From positions 812,669 to 876,668 of the forward strand of contig NW_003314316.1 of the NCBI RefSeq assembly GCF_000143415.4: 64,000 bases of DNA, given 5' to 3'. Under the pieces are notes generated by a model, which made no database searches, was not told where the DNA came from, and saw only the letters and a list, made by a program, of their open reading frames with translations. Both the position numbers and the translations under genes were made by a program. Shown here in pieces: positions 1 through 11,916 of the stretch (within the stretch, counting starts at the first letter, position 1; every line of letters begins with the position of its first letter). This DNA comes from Selaginella moellendorffii (taxonomy: Eukaryota; Plantae; Lycopodiophyta).

Positions 1-2200
1 ATCCGGAAGATCATTTTTAGCTAAAAGGGCCTTTTAAAATTATTCCATACTTTCTTTACTCTTCTATTCTAAGTGGGCATAAGAGGCATCAATATATGAC
101 TTAAAAAAGCATCCATGTGCAAAATGAAAAGTCAAATATAATCAGGATATACAAAAACTAAAGAAGTGATCAATGTTTGCTTGCAATTTTTAAACCAAAT
201 GAAAAGACAATATTATCAACTTCAAATGTTCACAATAGTGTAGTACATTAAATTGCATGTTTGGATCTAAAGACATGACTTATTTTAGGTATTACATTTC
301 TCATAAAGATTTACTAATTAATGTTGATAAATTAGCTTTTTTTAAATTCCCTACTCCAAAATATGTGAATAATATGCAATGCATCCTTGGCAAAGTGCAA
401 TATTTTGGTTATTTTATTGATCATATTTCTAATTTGCTTAACCTTAAAGAAAACTTTCCATAACCAACCCAACACTTTGCAAACATTATGAATGTATTCC
501 TCCTATATCACCTCCAAATAGATCAAGACTTCATCTAGTAGTCACCTCTTTCATATCACAAATAACTTAGTCTATCATTAACAAAAAAATGGTTGGATTA
601 TTATTTAAACTGAACAATATCACTAAGAACTTATTCAAACCAAATGATGTATAAAAAGTAGTTTTAGGAACACCCTCCTCAGCCATCAATATTGGCTAGT
701 GTTGGAAAACAAGATAAAACTTGGTAGACTAATAACTATGTCCTAAATGATATAGAAAATCAATAGAATGAGGAAGTGGGTATATGTCTCGGATTGTCAT
801 GTCATTTAATGGAACAATATATAATTAAATGCTCCTATCTAGCTTAATCATAAAATGAAGTTCACATGCACAAGGACTTCAAAACTTTTAGATAGCACAT
901 TTCTCTAACATTTCTAGGATAATATGTTGCAATCTTAACCCCAAATGATATATCAAATTCAAAAAGATTAATATACTCCTTTTTGAGCTAGTCAACTGTT
1001 ACAACATAAGAGTTGTTTAAGGGACTTAAAGAAGGAATAAAATGTCAAGAAGGAAACATAATAGGAAGTAATGAGAAGACAAAAGTGATGAAAGTAGAAG
1101 ACAAAAAATACAAAGTGATAGAAACAAAAGACAAAATGAAACAAAAATAAAAAGAATGGAAAAAGGATAATGTAGTGTATATGAATTTGGATTTAAACTC
1201 CAAGCATATTACATTACAAAACAAGGGTATAATACACACTCAAATCATTTATGAGCATAAACTCCTTATATTCAACTTTTACAAGCAAAATAGTATTAGA
1301 TGAAGTATGGCATAATTTTGGCATATTGGTGGCTAATGCGAGGAGGTGGACACCCCACTAACTAGAGTAGTATAGAGCTTTGGCTTAGACACAAGTTGAA
1401 CATAAAAGTGATATAGCCCAGTAGGAAGTAAAATAATATATTAGATTATTGGTTATATTTTTTACTATTATCCTTATTATACACTTAGAATCCCTCTTGC
1501 CCCCTCTATATTAAAGCTTTCTTTAGGCTTTCACCCCAGTCTCAAGAGTTAATTTTTAAGAAAAAATTTGAAAATTTACTAAACATTGAATAGCATTAGA
1601 TCATGAATTAGGAAACAGGAATAACACCATACTATTTAAAACACTCTCTACATTCTATAGATATACTTCACTAGCAAATCTAGACATTTACAATAAATAG
1701 CATATGGGATATAATAGTGAAGGTGGCAAACACAGTAAGTTATCATATAGAGATATTAAAGGACTAAACTCAATTTTGTGAGGGTTCCTAACACTAGCAA
1801 GTGCAAGTTGATAATATGAATTTCTCACCATTGTATCAAATATGTTTGACTTAATAATAACTTAGGATTTCTTTATTTAGTGCCCTAGTTTCTCAATTAG
1901 ATTGGGCTAAGATTAATAAAGAGAATCAACAGTCTAATTTTATGGTAATGAATAGAGAATATTCAAAAGGATTAAATAATAAGTATATTTTGATACCCAT
2001 ATGAAATAAAGGGGAAAAGCTATAAAGCCACACTTGGCATGATTATGCTACAACTAATTTATATCAAAGATAAAGTCAAAAACTTGACTCAACACCACTA
2101 AAACAATTAGAATGAAAGCTCAAAATCACCCATATACATAACTAGATTTCATCCATACACATGCATGTGTACAACAATTGTTATAGAAAATGAAGACTAC
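1..2200 (+). mobile_element. Highly decayed Ty3/Gypsy LTR-retrotransposon pol remnant (RT/RNase H/integrase fragments)
   Basis: ORF 257-463 (ISHKDLLINVDKLAFFKFPTPKYVNNMQCILGKVQYFGYFI) resembles the Gypsy RT C-terminal segment (DPxKxxAIxxxPxPKNVKELQSFLGxxxYYRRFI). AYWW at ~1321 resembles the integrase-proximal YWWP motif. The region is very AT-rich with many stops. Boundaries are approximate. Confidence 0.55.
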
Positions 2201-3534
2201 CTTTGTTGCATAACAGAATTGTAGATGGCAACATGTGGTAGCAGGCCAAGCAATAGAAAATAAACTTAAATCTATATCAATTAATACAGAAAGGATAACA
2301 AGGGACCTTTTATTATAAAAACGAGTTTAGAAAATAAATATTGGATGAGTTAGTGCTAAGTGAACCCCTTGATAGTACTTTTGAAAAAAGGATAAAGGGT
2401 CACTAACTTATTTACATAAAGACCCCTCATTATTTATATAACTCATTGTTTCCCAGAAGAGTCTCTATGTCATAACTTTCTATCAATAAGATGTTGTTGA
2501 CACCAAAATCTCCAACTACAAAATAGAGGATACCAATCCGAGAAATGCCAATAGTGCCAGTGTGTTATCATACACTTAGCAATGAACATCATGACCATGT
2601 CCTCACTATTGTTTTTGAATACGAGTAATATTAATATCAACTTCTAACAATAAAATCATCTTCCACAAAAAATAAAGTTGAAGTATATGTAATGATAAGT
2701 GGGAAAGGTGATATTTCATAGCATTATGCTAGTCAAAGAACATCGTTAAGGGTGGTTGGGCAAGTGTATATATAAGTCCCACAAAATTTTAATGAAGAGT
2801 TAGCCACAACTTGATATGTTCTGACATATTTGGCTCTACATGAACTAAAAAGCTTAAGAAGCAAGCACCAAGTTGCATAACTAATTTAGCCCACACATAA
2901 TGGAAATGATATAATTACTAAAAAGCATTATCATAATCATCACCATATCCAAATATATACTTGAAGATATTTGGAAGAAATCTCTAATCTGCAGAAGTGG
3001 TTGTGCCCAAACCAAAAATTGTCATTTGGAGATATATGGGAAACTTATGTAAATATTGGGCATCATTTTAAAAATGATAGATGGCAATCACCGTAAAGTA
3101 ATTGAACCAATGGTACCCATCATCTCTAAGATTTCTATGGAATAACTCCAGGTGAGCATAAGAACTAGTAGTAAGAACAAAAAGAAGTTATACCACGTGC
3201 CATGAATATTGTTATCAATTGTTCAATTGCAATCACATAACATCAAACAATTGTACCAATTACCACTCTAGAGTCAAAGAAAGAGGAAGCTACTGTTGTG
3301 CCACATAGATAAATGAAAAAAGGAAAGTAAAAGAGAAGGAATGAAAAAAGCTAAAACAATAAAACAATGCAAAAAATAGATTTAAACCAAAAGCATAAAT
3401 CCAAGCACTCCTCAAGGATAAATCATTTAGATTGAAACCAATTTGATGGCTACCAAAATCCTAACTTAATATTAATATATAACATAAATAGAAAATAAAA
3501 AGTAATATAAGTAGTTTCTTAGTAAAAGTTGGCT

Positions 3535-3568
3535 TATATATATATATATAGACACACACACACACACA
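3535..3568. repeat. Compound (TA)n/(CA)n microsatellite
   Basis: Directly visible. Confidence 0.95.
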
Positions 3569-4338
3569 TTTTAAATTAACTTTAAATAATAAATAATTTA
3601 TATGCTTTTGATTTACAAATATTTTATCTTAAAAATGCTAAAGAAAATTAATTTTCTTCTCCTCTATTTATTGATTTATTTGGTTTATTTATTTGAGACA
3701 TTAAAATATGCCTCATTCATTAACATGAAACTTGAGGACGAGTTTAGAGTCACCGCAGCACCTGTTACTATTGCTTTGTAACATTTGTTCTTGTCCATGT
3801 GGAGGGTAGTGTTGTCATGTTGTTTCTTCTTGACTCAGGTTCCCTCGTTCAACAGAAAGTGCAGGGTGATGTTCAGCAGTGTTGTCCTTCTCTATTCAGG
3901 TGCACCAAGGAATTGTCATGCTTTGATACTAGGAAGATGGGATCCCATCCACAATTTCTTTGAATCCCTGAAATCCTTTTTGCCAGTACATATAGTGGGT
4001 GCATTAATCGCTTGGCTATCAGCAGTAAACAACTGTGCTCTCTCTTCATTCCTACCAAAACATTTGTTGGTGGCCCAATTGATTGAAGAATATCCCTCAT
4101 TGTTTGCATTGTGCAACTTGGTCTCCCGTGTCACGGATTTACTTAGTCATAAATAAACATTAATATATTATTAATTTCTTAAAGAATATACCAGTCAACC
4201 AAACGTCATATACCCTTTTGGTTCGCTCGGGAAGAAATGGACTAGGAACGACATTGTCTCTCATTGTAAGTGTCCAAACAATTTCTTTCTCTGGACAGAC
4301 GACAGCCGATCATCTGAGTAAAAAAAGAGAACAAAGAA

Positions 4339-5547
4339 ATGCCCACCAGCAGCTTTCTCAGCCGGAAGAAAGACGCGCGCTTGCCTCGCCCCTGCCCCGT
4401 GATCCTCGACTCGGGCTTCGTCACCGACGACGAGTCCGAGTGCTGCGTCGGCGGCGCCGCTAGCCACTCCCCTCCCCAGCCGCAAACTTCCACCTCCTTC
4501 CAAGTCGAGGTCCGCCCCGGTTTGCTCCCTGCTCCCATCCGACCTGACGATTCCCTCGGTCCTGACGATCCCGTCATCGCCCCCTATGCCGACTTCGTCC
4601 ACTTCACGCAGTGCCCCGAGGTCCCCCGGAAGCTGGCGGGCCGCGACGAGATCCGGAGCCAGTCGTGGCCTCTCCCAGCGCCCGAGGAGATGTCATCCAA
4701 GACGCAGCAAGTGTCGCTCAAGTCGTCGTCCATCCCCGCCGTCTTCTTCGCCAAGCGCCACCGCTTCACCATCTTCAACTATGGCGATCTGCTGGAGACG
4801 TCCGGGGACTGCAACTCTTGCACCGTCGCCGTTGCCGCGGGCGACCGGGAGGACGAGGAGATCGCCCGCTTCACCGAGCTCAGCAGCAAGGTGGACTACT
4901 GCATCCGGGTGAAGAACTCGTACCAGTTCTCCAACGAGATTGGAACCGACCCCGAGGGAGTGTTCCGCGACTGCAAGCCCCGGATTTGTGCCGTCTGCTC
5001 CGTCAAAACCAAGGCCTCGCTCCTGCCCGACTTGCGCCACAAGTACCGCTTCACGTTCTTCCACACCATCCACGTCTACTCCCCGACTGGCGCCGAGGTG
5101 GAGAGCAAAGTCGTCCTGGACGAAAAGTCCAAGATCGAGCCCGTCTCCATCATGAAGATCTGTCCAACGGGCCGCAAGATGGAGAAGCTCAAGCCTGAGA
5201 TTGTGACGCTGCTACAGGTGACGCACTTCGTGAGGGTTGAGACGAGCGTCAACACCGATATCTCGCCATCTATGATGCCGCGTCCACTGGCTCCCGAGTT
5301 TCGAGAGCCCAAGCTGATAATTATCGACGAGGACGTGCACGGGAAAGCACCACCAGGACCGCCACCTGAGCCCGAGCCAGAAACAGAGCCAAAAGCCGTG
5401 CAACCGCCCGAGAGACCCAGCAGATCCGAGCCAGCAGGTAATGCCACCCCACCAATATGCTGCCGTTTGTACTCATCTTTTCCTTGCAGGGGACCAAGAA
5501 GAAGAGCACGCTGCCGAATAGTCGAAAATATTAGCTCAAACTCTTAG
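4339..5547 (+). CDS. Unknown protein; Pro/Ser-rich termini with a Cys-containing globular middle
   Basis: 402-codon GC-rich ORF with gene-like codon usage. A probable GT-AG intron at ~5438-5489 would end the CDS at TAG 5521. No family recognised. Confidence 0.65.
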   Translation: MPTSSFLSRKKDARLPRPCPVILDSGFVTDDESECCVGGAASHSPPQPQTSTSFQVEVRPGLLPAPIRPDDSLGPDDPVIAPYADFVHFTQCPEVPRKLAGRDEIRSQSWPLPAPEEMSSKTQQVSLKSSSIPAVFFAKRHRFTIFNYGDLLETSGDCNSCTVAVAAGDREDEEIARFTELSSKVDYCIRVKNSYQFSNEIGTDPEGVFRDCKPRICAVCSVKTKASLLPDLRHKYRFTFFHTIHVYSPTGAEVESKVVLDEKSKIEPVSIMKICPTGRKMEKLKPEIVTLLQVTHFVRVETSVNTDISPSMMPRPLAPEFREPKLIIIDEDVHGKAPPGPPPEPEPETEPKAVQPPERPSRSEPAGNATPPICCRLYSSFPCRGPRRRARCRIVENISSNS

Positions 5548-5962
5548 CAACAAACCTCTCTTGGCGGACGAACTTGTGCTTAGAGACAGCAACGCAAAGA
5601 GTCGCTGCCGAGTTTAGCTCGTGACACACACCCCACGCTCCTGCAGTCATTCAGGACCTGTAAATCGGAGCAAAAGAGTGTAAGTCCACAGCAGTACATG
5701 TAACTTTGAAGCGCGCTCACATAGTTCATGCATGCTCCCGTGTCCGCCAGTTGTCGAGCCAGCTTTACTCGTCACCAACATCCCATGATGTAGAACTACA
5801 AGTCGCATAGTTCAATCATCGGATCTCTATGAGGTGACAGCTCCCAGAATGCCGCGTGCTTTGTCCTGCTTCACCTTGTCCATAGTCTCCATGGCTACGT
5901 AGAGCGGAACATATATAAATATGGTGACTTGAGAGCGCTGTGACCTCGCTTTAGTGAGAAGA

Positions 5963-6992
5963 ATGTCAATCCGGGGGATAGTCCTGATAACTATTGCCGT
6001 CTGCATCGGTCTTGTACACGGGCAAAGTGCATCGAGTCTCGCAGGCAGCTTCCCGTCCACCACATTCGAGCAGACTTGCGCTGCATCCTGGGGGCAGCCG
6101 AATTCCCAAGGAAGTGTCATCCAGCTGAAACTTGACCAAGCATCAGGTACTTCGAAGTAAAACCTCGATCAACTTCTGAACTTTCCTGTAGGCTCTGGAA
6201 TCGAGTCCATCCACACGTACTTTTACGGCTTCTTTAGTGCTTTGATCAAGCTCCCTGCGAGCTACTCAGCTGGAGTGGTGACGGCTTTCTATGTACGACT
6301 TGATGAGCTACCTAGCCAACCTTTTCCTGATGTTGCACTGTCCTGTCCTGTCCTGTCCTGTAGATATCAAACTACGATACCTTCCCACACATCCACGATG
6401 AAGTGGACTTCGAGTTCCTTGGAGTTGCCGCTGGAACACCTTACTTGCTGCAGACTAACATCTACGGAGATGGTAGTGCCAAAGGCCGCGAGGAGCGGAT
6501 AAACCTCTGGTTCGACGCAACAGCTGATTTCCATCGATACAGCATCCTCTGGAACAGTTATCAGCTCGTGTAAGCCAAAGTCGAGCACCTGACGTGCCTA
6601 TTTCCCTCTTTCATTCTTTCTGTGGCAGATTCTTCATAGACGATATTCCTATAAGACGGATGGCAAGGAGTGGCGAGTTAGGACATCAATATCCATCAAA
6701 GCCAATGAAAGCTTACTCGTCGATTTGGGACGGTTCTAACTGGGCAACTGACGGTGGACATTCTCCAGTAAACTATGCATATGGCCCCTTCGTCGCATCC
6801 TTCACGGACTTGAAGTTGCAAGGATGCGAGGAAGGCTCAATCTGCTCTGAGCAGCAAAACGAAATTTCAAGCATTCGGGACCTCACTGAACAGCAAAAGA
6901 ATGATTTAGCATGGGTCCGGGAGAATCACCTCACTTACACTTATTGTAATGACAGACAACGATACCCGATCCCATTCCCCGAATGTTCGTAA
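5963..6992 (+). CDS. XTH: Xyloglucan endotransglucosylase/hydrolase (GH16), 4 exons
   Basis: Signal peptide MSIRGIVLITIAVCIGLV; SAGVVTAFY; catalytic HDEVDFEFLG; WDGSNWATDGG; C-terminal YTYCNDRQRYP..PEC. Confidence 0.95.
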
Positions 6993-7190
6993 CACAAACT
7001 TACTGTCAGAATAGCAAAATGTCAAACAAGTATCAAAGTAATGAATTTTCGTACTGGCAAAATGTCTCGCCTCCAGCAGTGCGTTCAACTATCAACAGCA
7101 GAAGCCTTCAACTTATTAGAAAAGATGCCTGGAAACAGAAAGTCAGTCCAGGATACTTAGAATATAGCTCTTTTACTTGTGTTTTTCAAT

Positions 7191-8918
7191 TCAGCATGTG
7201 TCTAGCTGCATGTACTTTTTGATGATGCCCATCATCTCGCTGCCCGGAAAACGACCAAGAACACCTCGAGCAGCCGAAAGCTCGGAAAAGCTCGTCACTC
7301 CGTCACCATGGACATCACAAGGCTTTGGACCGTGCGTCTCGTATGTCCATGATGAATCTTCAGTAGTACCCGGCAGTCGGAAGGCTTCCAACGGCGAAGA
7401 TAGCACGGTATCTTCACCCTTGGTCTTGACAAAGTCCTTGAGATGACAGATGGTAAACGGAACCGGCTCAAAGCTGTGGTCTCCATACTCAACTGGTGTA
7501 GAATGATCACCTGTGACACATAACGAGAATTGTCCTGCGCCTCTACATTCAGCTTCCCATAGCATCCGTGCTAATTGCCCAATCATTTTGTCAACCGCCT
7601 CAAATGCCAACTTTTTCAGCTTGACAGCCTTGTCGTGGCCAGCGTCATCAATCGCCTGCAAGACAACCAGCAAGTTGATACAGTATTGATGCCAAGTACC
7701 AAACTCAAACCTTTATATGCAAAAAGCCGAAGTCATAGCCTTCGCTCCAGCCAGGCTTAGCATCATCTTCACCAGGAACGAATACATTGGGCGGACGCTC
7801 CAGAGGAGCAGCCAATGCTTTTGCAATAGCGTTTGCTTTCGACGTCAGAAGTGTTCTGTAATCGCCAGTAGCTCCTGGTGCATCCAAAATGGCAATGTCG
7901 AGTGAGAGACCAAGTCCAGCGATGATTTTTGTTGGAGCTACCATACAGGATCGAAGCCCATGTTTCTCATTAAAGCTTGGGACCTAGCAGCCGAAATGTT
8001 AGTGACCAGAAATATGCATGAAGAAAACTAAAGTCACTTGCCTGAATGCGTATTCCACATCCTCTTAATAGCACGACATTCGCAATGGCCTTACCAGCAG
8101 ACTTTCGCTTCGCGTTGAGTGGATGATCCGATAAGATACGTCTCAGTTCGAGCGAGAGCTCGTTCACCACGGCGGCGGTGTGTTTCGCTTCGTCGGATTC
8201 ATCCAGCGGGACGACAACCTCTAAAAGTCTGTTGTCTTTGAGTGGATCAGTACCAGAAATGTTTCCGCTCAGTCCTGGTCCTTTCACGACCACTCCACAC
8301 CTATGTTCCGTGGCATACCTGCAGATAAAAGTTCATGCACGCTCGATGAAGAGAAAAAAGGAAACAAAAGAGCAACACACCTGACACGAACTTCGTAAGC
8401 TGGAAAGGAAGGAAGCTTCAAGCCATCCAAAGCAGCACAGAAAATAGGTCCGTCTTCTTCGAAATGGCGATCAGCTCTTCTGCAAGTCACAACTCCAGTT
8501 CCATCGTCCATGGTCGCGAAGTTGCTCTGCGCAAAAGCACAATGCAGCTTGTAATTCCAAAAGAGAACTGCGAGACTCTTCCAGCAAAGTCGTCTATAAT
8601 CAACCTAGTGAGAAAATCGATTACCTTGAACGCAATATCTCCAGGAGACATGGCAAGACCGGCGCCCAGCGATTCGAAGGCGCCGCGGCCGCGATAATAC
8701 TGCCTGGGATCATACCCTAGCAGAGAAAGGTGAGCGGTATCGCTGCCGCATGCAAGCCCTGGCTCCACGGGATCCATCAAGCCGCTGATTCCAGCGGTCG
8801 CGATGGCATCCAGATTCGGCGTGCTCGCGACCTCCAGCGGCGTCTTCCATCCGAGCTCTGGAATCGAGACATCGCCAATGCCATCGACGAGAACAAATGC
8901 CACTCTGCGCTTGCTCAT
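7191..8918 (-). CDS. 2,3-bisphosphoglycerate-independent phosphoglycerate mutase, archaeal (ApgM)-type family, multi-exon
   Basis: VAFVLVDGIGD, PGLACGSDTAHLSLLGYDP, YRGRGAFES, IDDAGHD and VTGDHSTP motifs. Confidence 0.92.
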
Positions 8919-9184
8919 TCCGAAGAACCCTAGTTTATTTCCGAATATTCTTGACTTAAGTGGCCACGTGTAGCGATCTGGAGCGTTGGTTTTTGGCGCC
9001 AAGTGTGCGTCTTTTGAGGGATCCTAGGGTTCTACAGCGCGACGCTTTGGGGTCGCTGGTTAGCGCTCACGGCTCCGTTTAGTCCGAGGTACGCTCGCTA
9101 GGGTTTCTCGATCCGGGGAGAGAGAGCTATATTATGGCAAAGAAGAGGAAAAGAAAGGACGATTGAATCGAGAGGAAGGAAAAA

Positions 9185-11547
9185 ATGGGGGTGTGGTCGG
9201 TTCTTTTCATGTCGGCAATGCCGGTGTTTAGACTGCTCGTTCATTGCGGCATTGGGGCTTATTTGTCATCTCCACAATCCAATGTGATGCCTGCTGAAGC
9301 TCGAAAACATATAAACAAGGTAATCGATAGTTTCTTCTTCGTTTCTTTGATTAAGAATTTGCTGGAACTTTTGCAGCTAGTTTTCGTGTGTTTCATGCCA
9401 TCGCTGATTTTCTCGAATTTAGCTCAAACAGTGACTGTCGAGAAGATGCTGGACTGGTAAAGTTTTCTCTTTGATCTTGTTTTCTCTACTGCAACCATAA
9501 TCTTTCAGGTGGTTTATGCCGATAAATGTGTTGCTATGCTACATGATTGGCGCTGGAATTGGAGTTTGTATCTTCGATCACTTCAAGCCTCCTCCTCACC
9601 TGAGAAAATTGATAATTGCATGCTGTGCTACAGGTACGTAAGTTTGTTCTTTCTTCGTTCTTCATTTAGGCAACTTCACTTCTGTTCTTCAGGGAATTCG
9701 AGTAACTTGCCTCTAGTACTTGTTTCGGCGATTTGCGTTGAAGCAGGTAGTCCCTTCGGCAGATATGATGTTTGCACGGCAAATGGGATAGCTTATATAT
9801 CCTATGGTCTATGGGTGAGGCGAAGAAAGCATATAAGATCCGTCGAGTCGCTTCTTACCGGGTTTTCACGTATCACAGATGGCCACAGTTTTGACTTGGA
9901 CAGTCGTGTTTAATTACCTGAAGCCACAACCACAGCCAGGCTATGAAGAGGTTGATTTGCACGACGCAACGGAGGAAGCTCCACCTCGGGAGGAAACTCC
10001 TCCTGCTCGAGAGCTAAATGTCTATCCAGGAAGCCAAGGCTTTATGCCTCAAGTTGCAGGCTTGCAGGGTGTTCCTCGGGTGTTTATGAATACTCAAAGT
10101 CCGCAAGGATTTCCAGGTCCACAGGGGTACAGGAAATCTGGTTTTGGTGCTCAGAATCTCCAGGGCATGGACAGCTTTCAGCAAGGCTACCAAGGATTTC
10201 AAGCGCCTCAGATGTTTCAAGTCCCGGGTCAAGGATATCAACAGCAGGCATTTTCAGCAATGACTCAGGGTCCCAGAGGCTTTCAGGCTGGACCGAGGTA
10301 CTCGCAAGGCTTCGAGGACTACAATGACGGGTTTATAGGCTCCCAGCCTCAAGGCTTTTTGCCTAGTGCTCAGGCATTTCCAACTCGTGGCCGGAATCCA
10401 TCTATAGGCCTGGGGGACTTCCAGCAGTTCCAAAGCCCGCAGGTTCCTCAACTCCCGATGTCTCCTGACGGGTTCCAAAACCTCCAGGCTCCAGGCTTTC
10501 AAAATCCACTTCAAGCACTTTCATCTCCCCCTTCTCAAGCTCTCCAAGTTTATGGAGCTTCAACGACGTCCCAGGTACTCTGCTTATTTCGCTTTAGTTT
10601 TAGTGTTGATTTCGATAAAACTTTGGTGAGCCATCCAGCCGAGAGCAGCACAGCCACCACCTCCAACACCTCCTGAGCCAGCAGGCCCGCAGCCTCTTAC
10701 CGATGATTTTTCTGTGGCCAACTTGCAACTATGGATGGAAAAATACCGCGTGAAAGAAGCCTTCACCCCTCCAACAGCGGCAGCTGTGAGTTAAACTGTA
10801 ATGTTTTCCTCCCTCTAACATGCCTCGTATATTTTATAGGCGATAGCAATCCCCATTGGCGCTGTGCCGTTTTTTAGACATTTGCTGTATGGACACCAAG
10901 CTCCATTTCGGTTTTTAGGCGATGCTTTGGTCATCCTTGGGTAAGCTTTATTTTGTCGCCGTCGCACTCTCATATTCATGAATTCTACGTTGCAGGGAAG
11001 CTATGATTCCTTGCATGAATCTGTTACTTGGAGGAAACTTATCTCAAGGTAGACATACCTGAATAGCTTATAAGCTCGTAAGCTAAGTTGTTTTCGTTGG
11101 AGCAGGATTTGGCGCATCGGAACTGGCACTTGAAGTTGTCATCTCGATCATGTTGACACGACTGCTGCTTCTTCCCATAGCCGGGCTCATCGTTGTCAAG
11201 CTCGCGTTTTCCATGGGTCTAGTACCTGCGGACCCGCTTTTTCACTTCGTACTTTTGCTGCAATTTACCATGCCTACGGCTATCAACGTTGGTCAGTTTC
11301 AAAACCTCATCTATTTACAAATACCATCACTAAAACCTGTGGTAAGCAATGAAATCTAGTCTCTAGAGCGGCTTCCGTTATGACTTTCTCTTTTTCTTCT
11401 TTGTTTCTTTGTTTCGCTACAGGCACGATGACGCAGCTATTTGGTGTCGGACAAACCGAATGCTCGATCATTCTTTTCTGGTGCTACACATCGTCGGTTG
11501 TGTTTTTGACACTATGGACGATGATTTTTCTTGTCCTGCTCATATGA
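9185..11547 (+). CDS. PILS: PIN-LIKES (PILS) auxin carrier with an expanded Q/G/F/P-rich central loop
   Basis: NKLVFVCFMPSLIFSNLAQTVT, GNSSNLPLVLVSAIC, AMIPCMNLLLGGNL, DPLFHFVLLLQFTMPTAINVGTMTQLFG; multiple short introns. Confidence 0.93.
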
Positions 11548-11916
11548 AGCCCAAAGGCTTCGTTTTTTATGGGAGTGTAAAGAGCGAGAAGTTCTCTGCA
11601 AGTCAGGTAGAAAACGATCTTGGCCAGCCACTTCCCATCGATTTTAATCTCACGCACTCTCCAACTTTGCAGGAAAAATTTTGGTACGTCCTTAGTGAGC
11701 TGAATTGTTGTTACATTTCTTTCCAAAATCAACAAGGATCACGGGATTTTTTTCTTTCATACTCTCAAGTTCGCGTCATCATCGTCTAATTTCTTCTATC
11801 CCACTACCACAAGTAAGTGATCTCTTATTCATCACGAAACCTCTTCTTCTTCCCCAACCCCGCAAAAAAAGAAGAAAATTTCTCAACGTCTCGTGAAAAA
11901 ACGATGTTGTGTGGTT

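Noticed and set aside
3730-4156. Short ORFs on both strands
   Set aside because: No recognisable motifs or splice structure; likely a decayed fragment.
7191-8918. Archaeal-type iPGM as a recent horizontal transfer
   Set aside because: This family has intron-containing homologues in other plants, including angiosperms.
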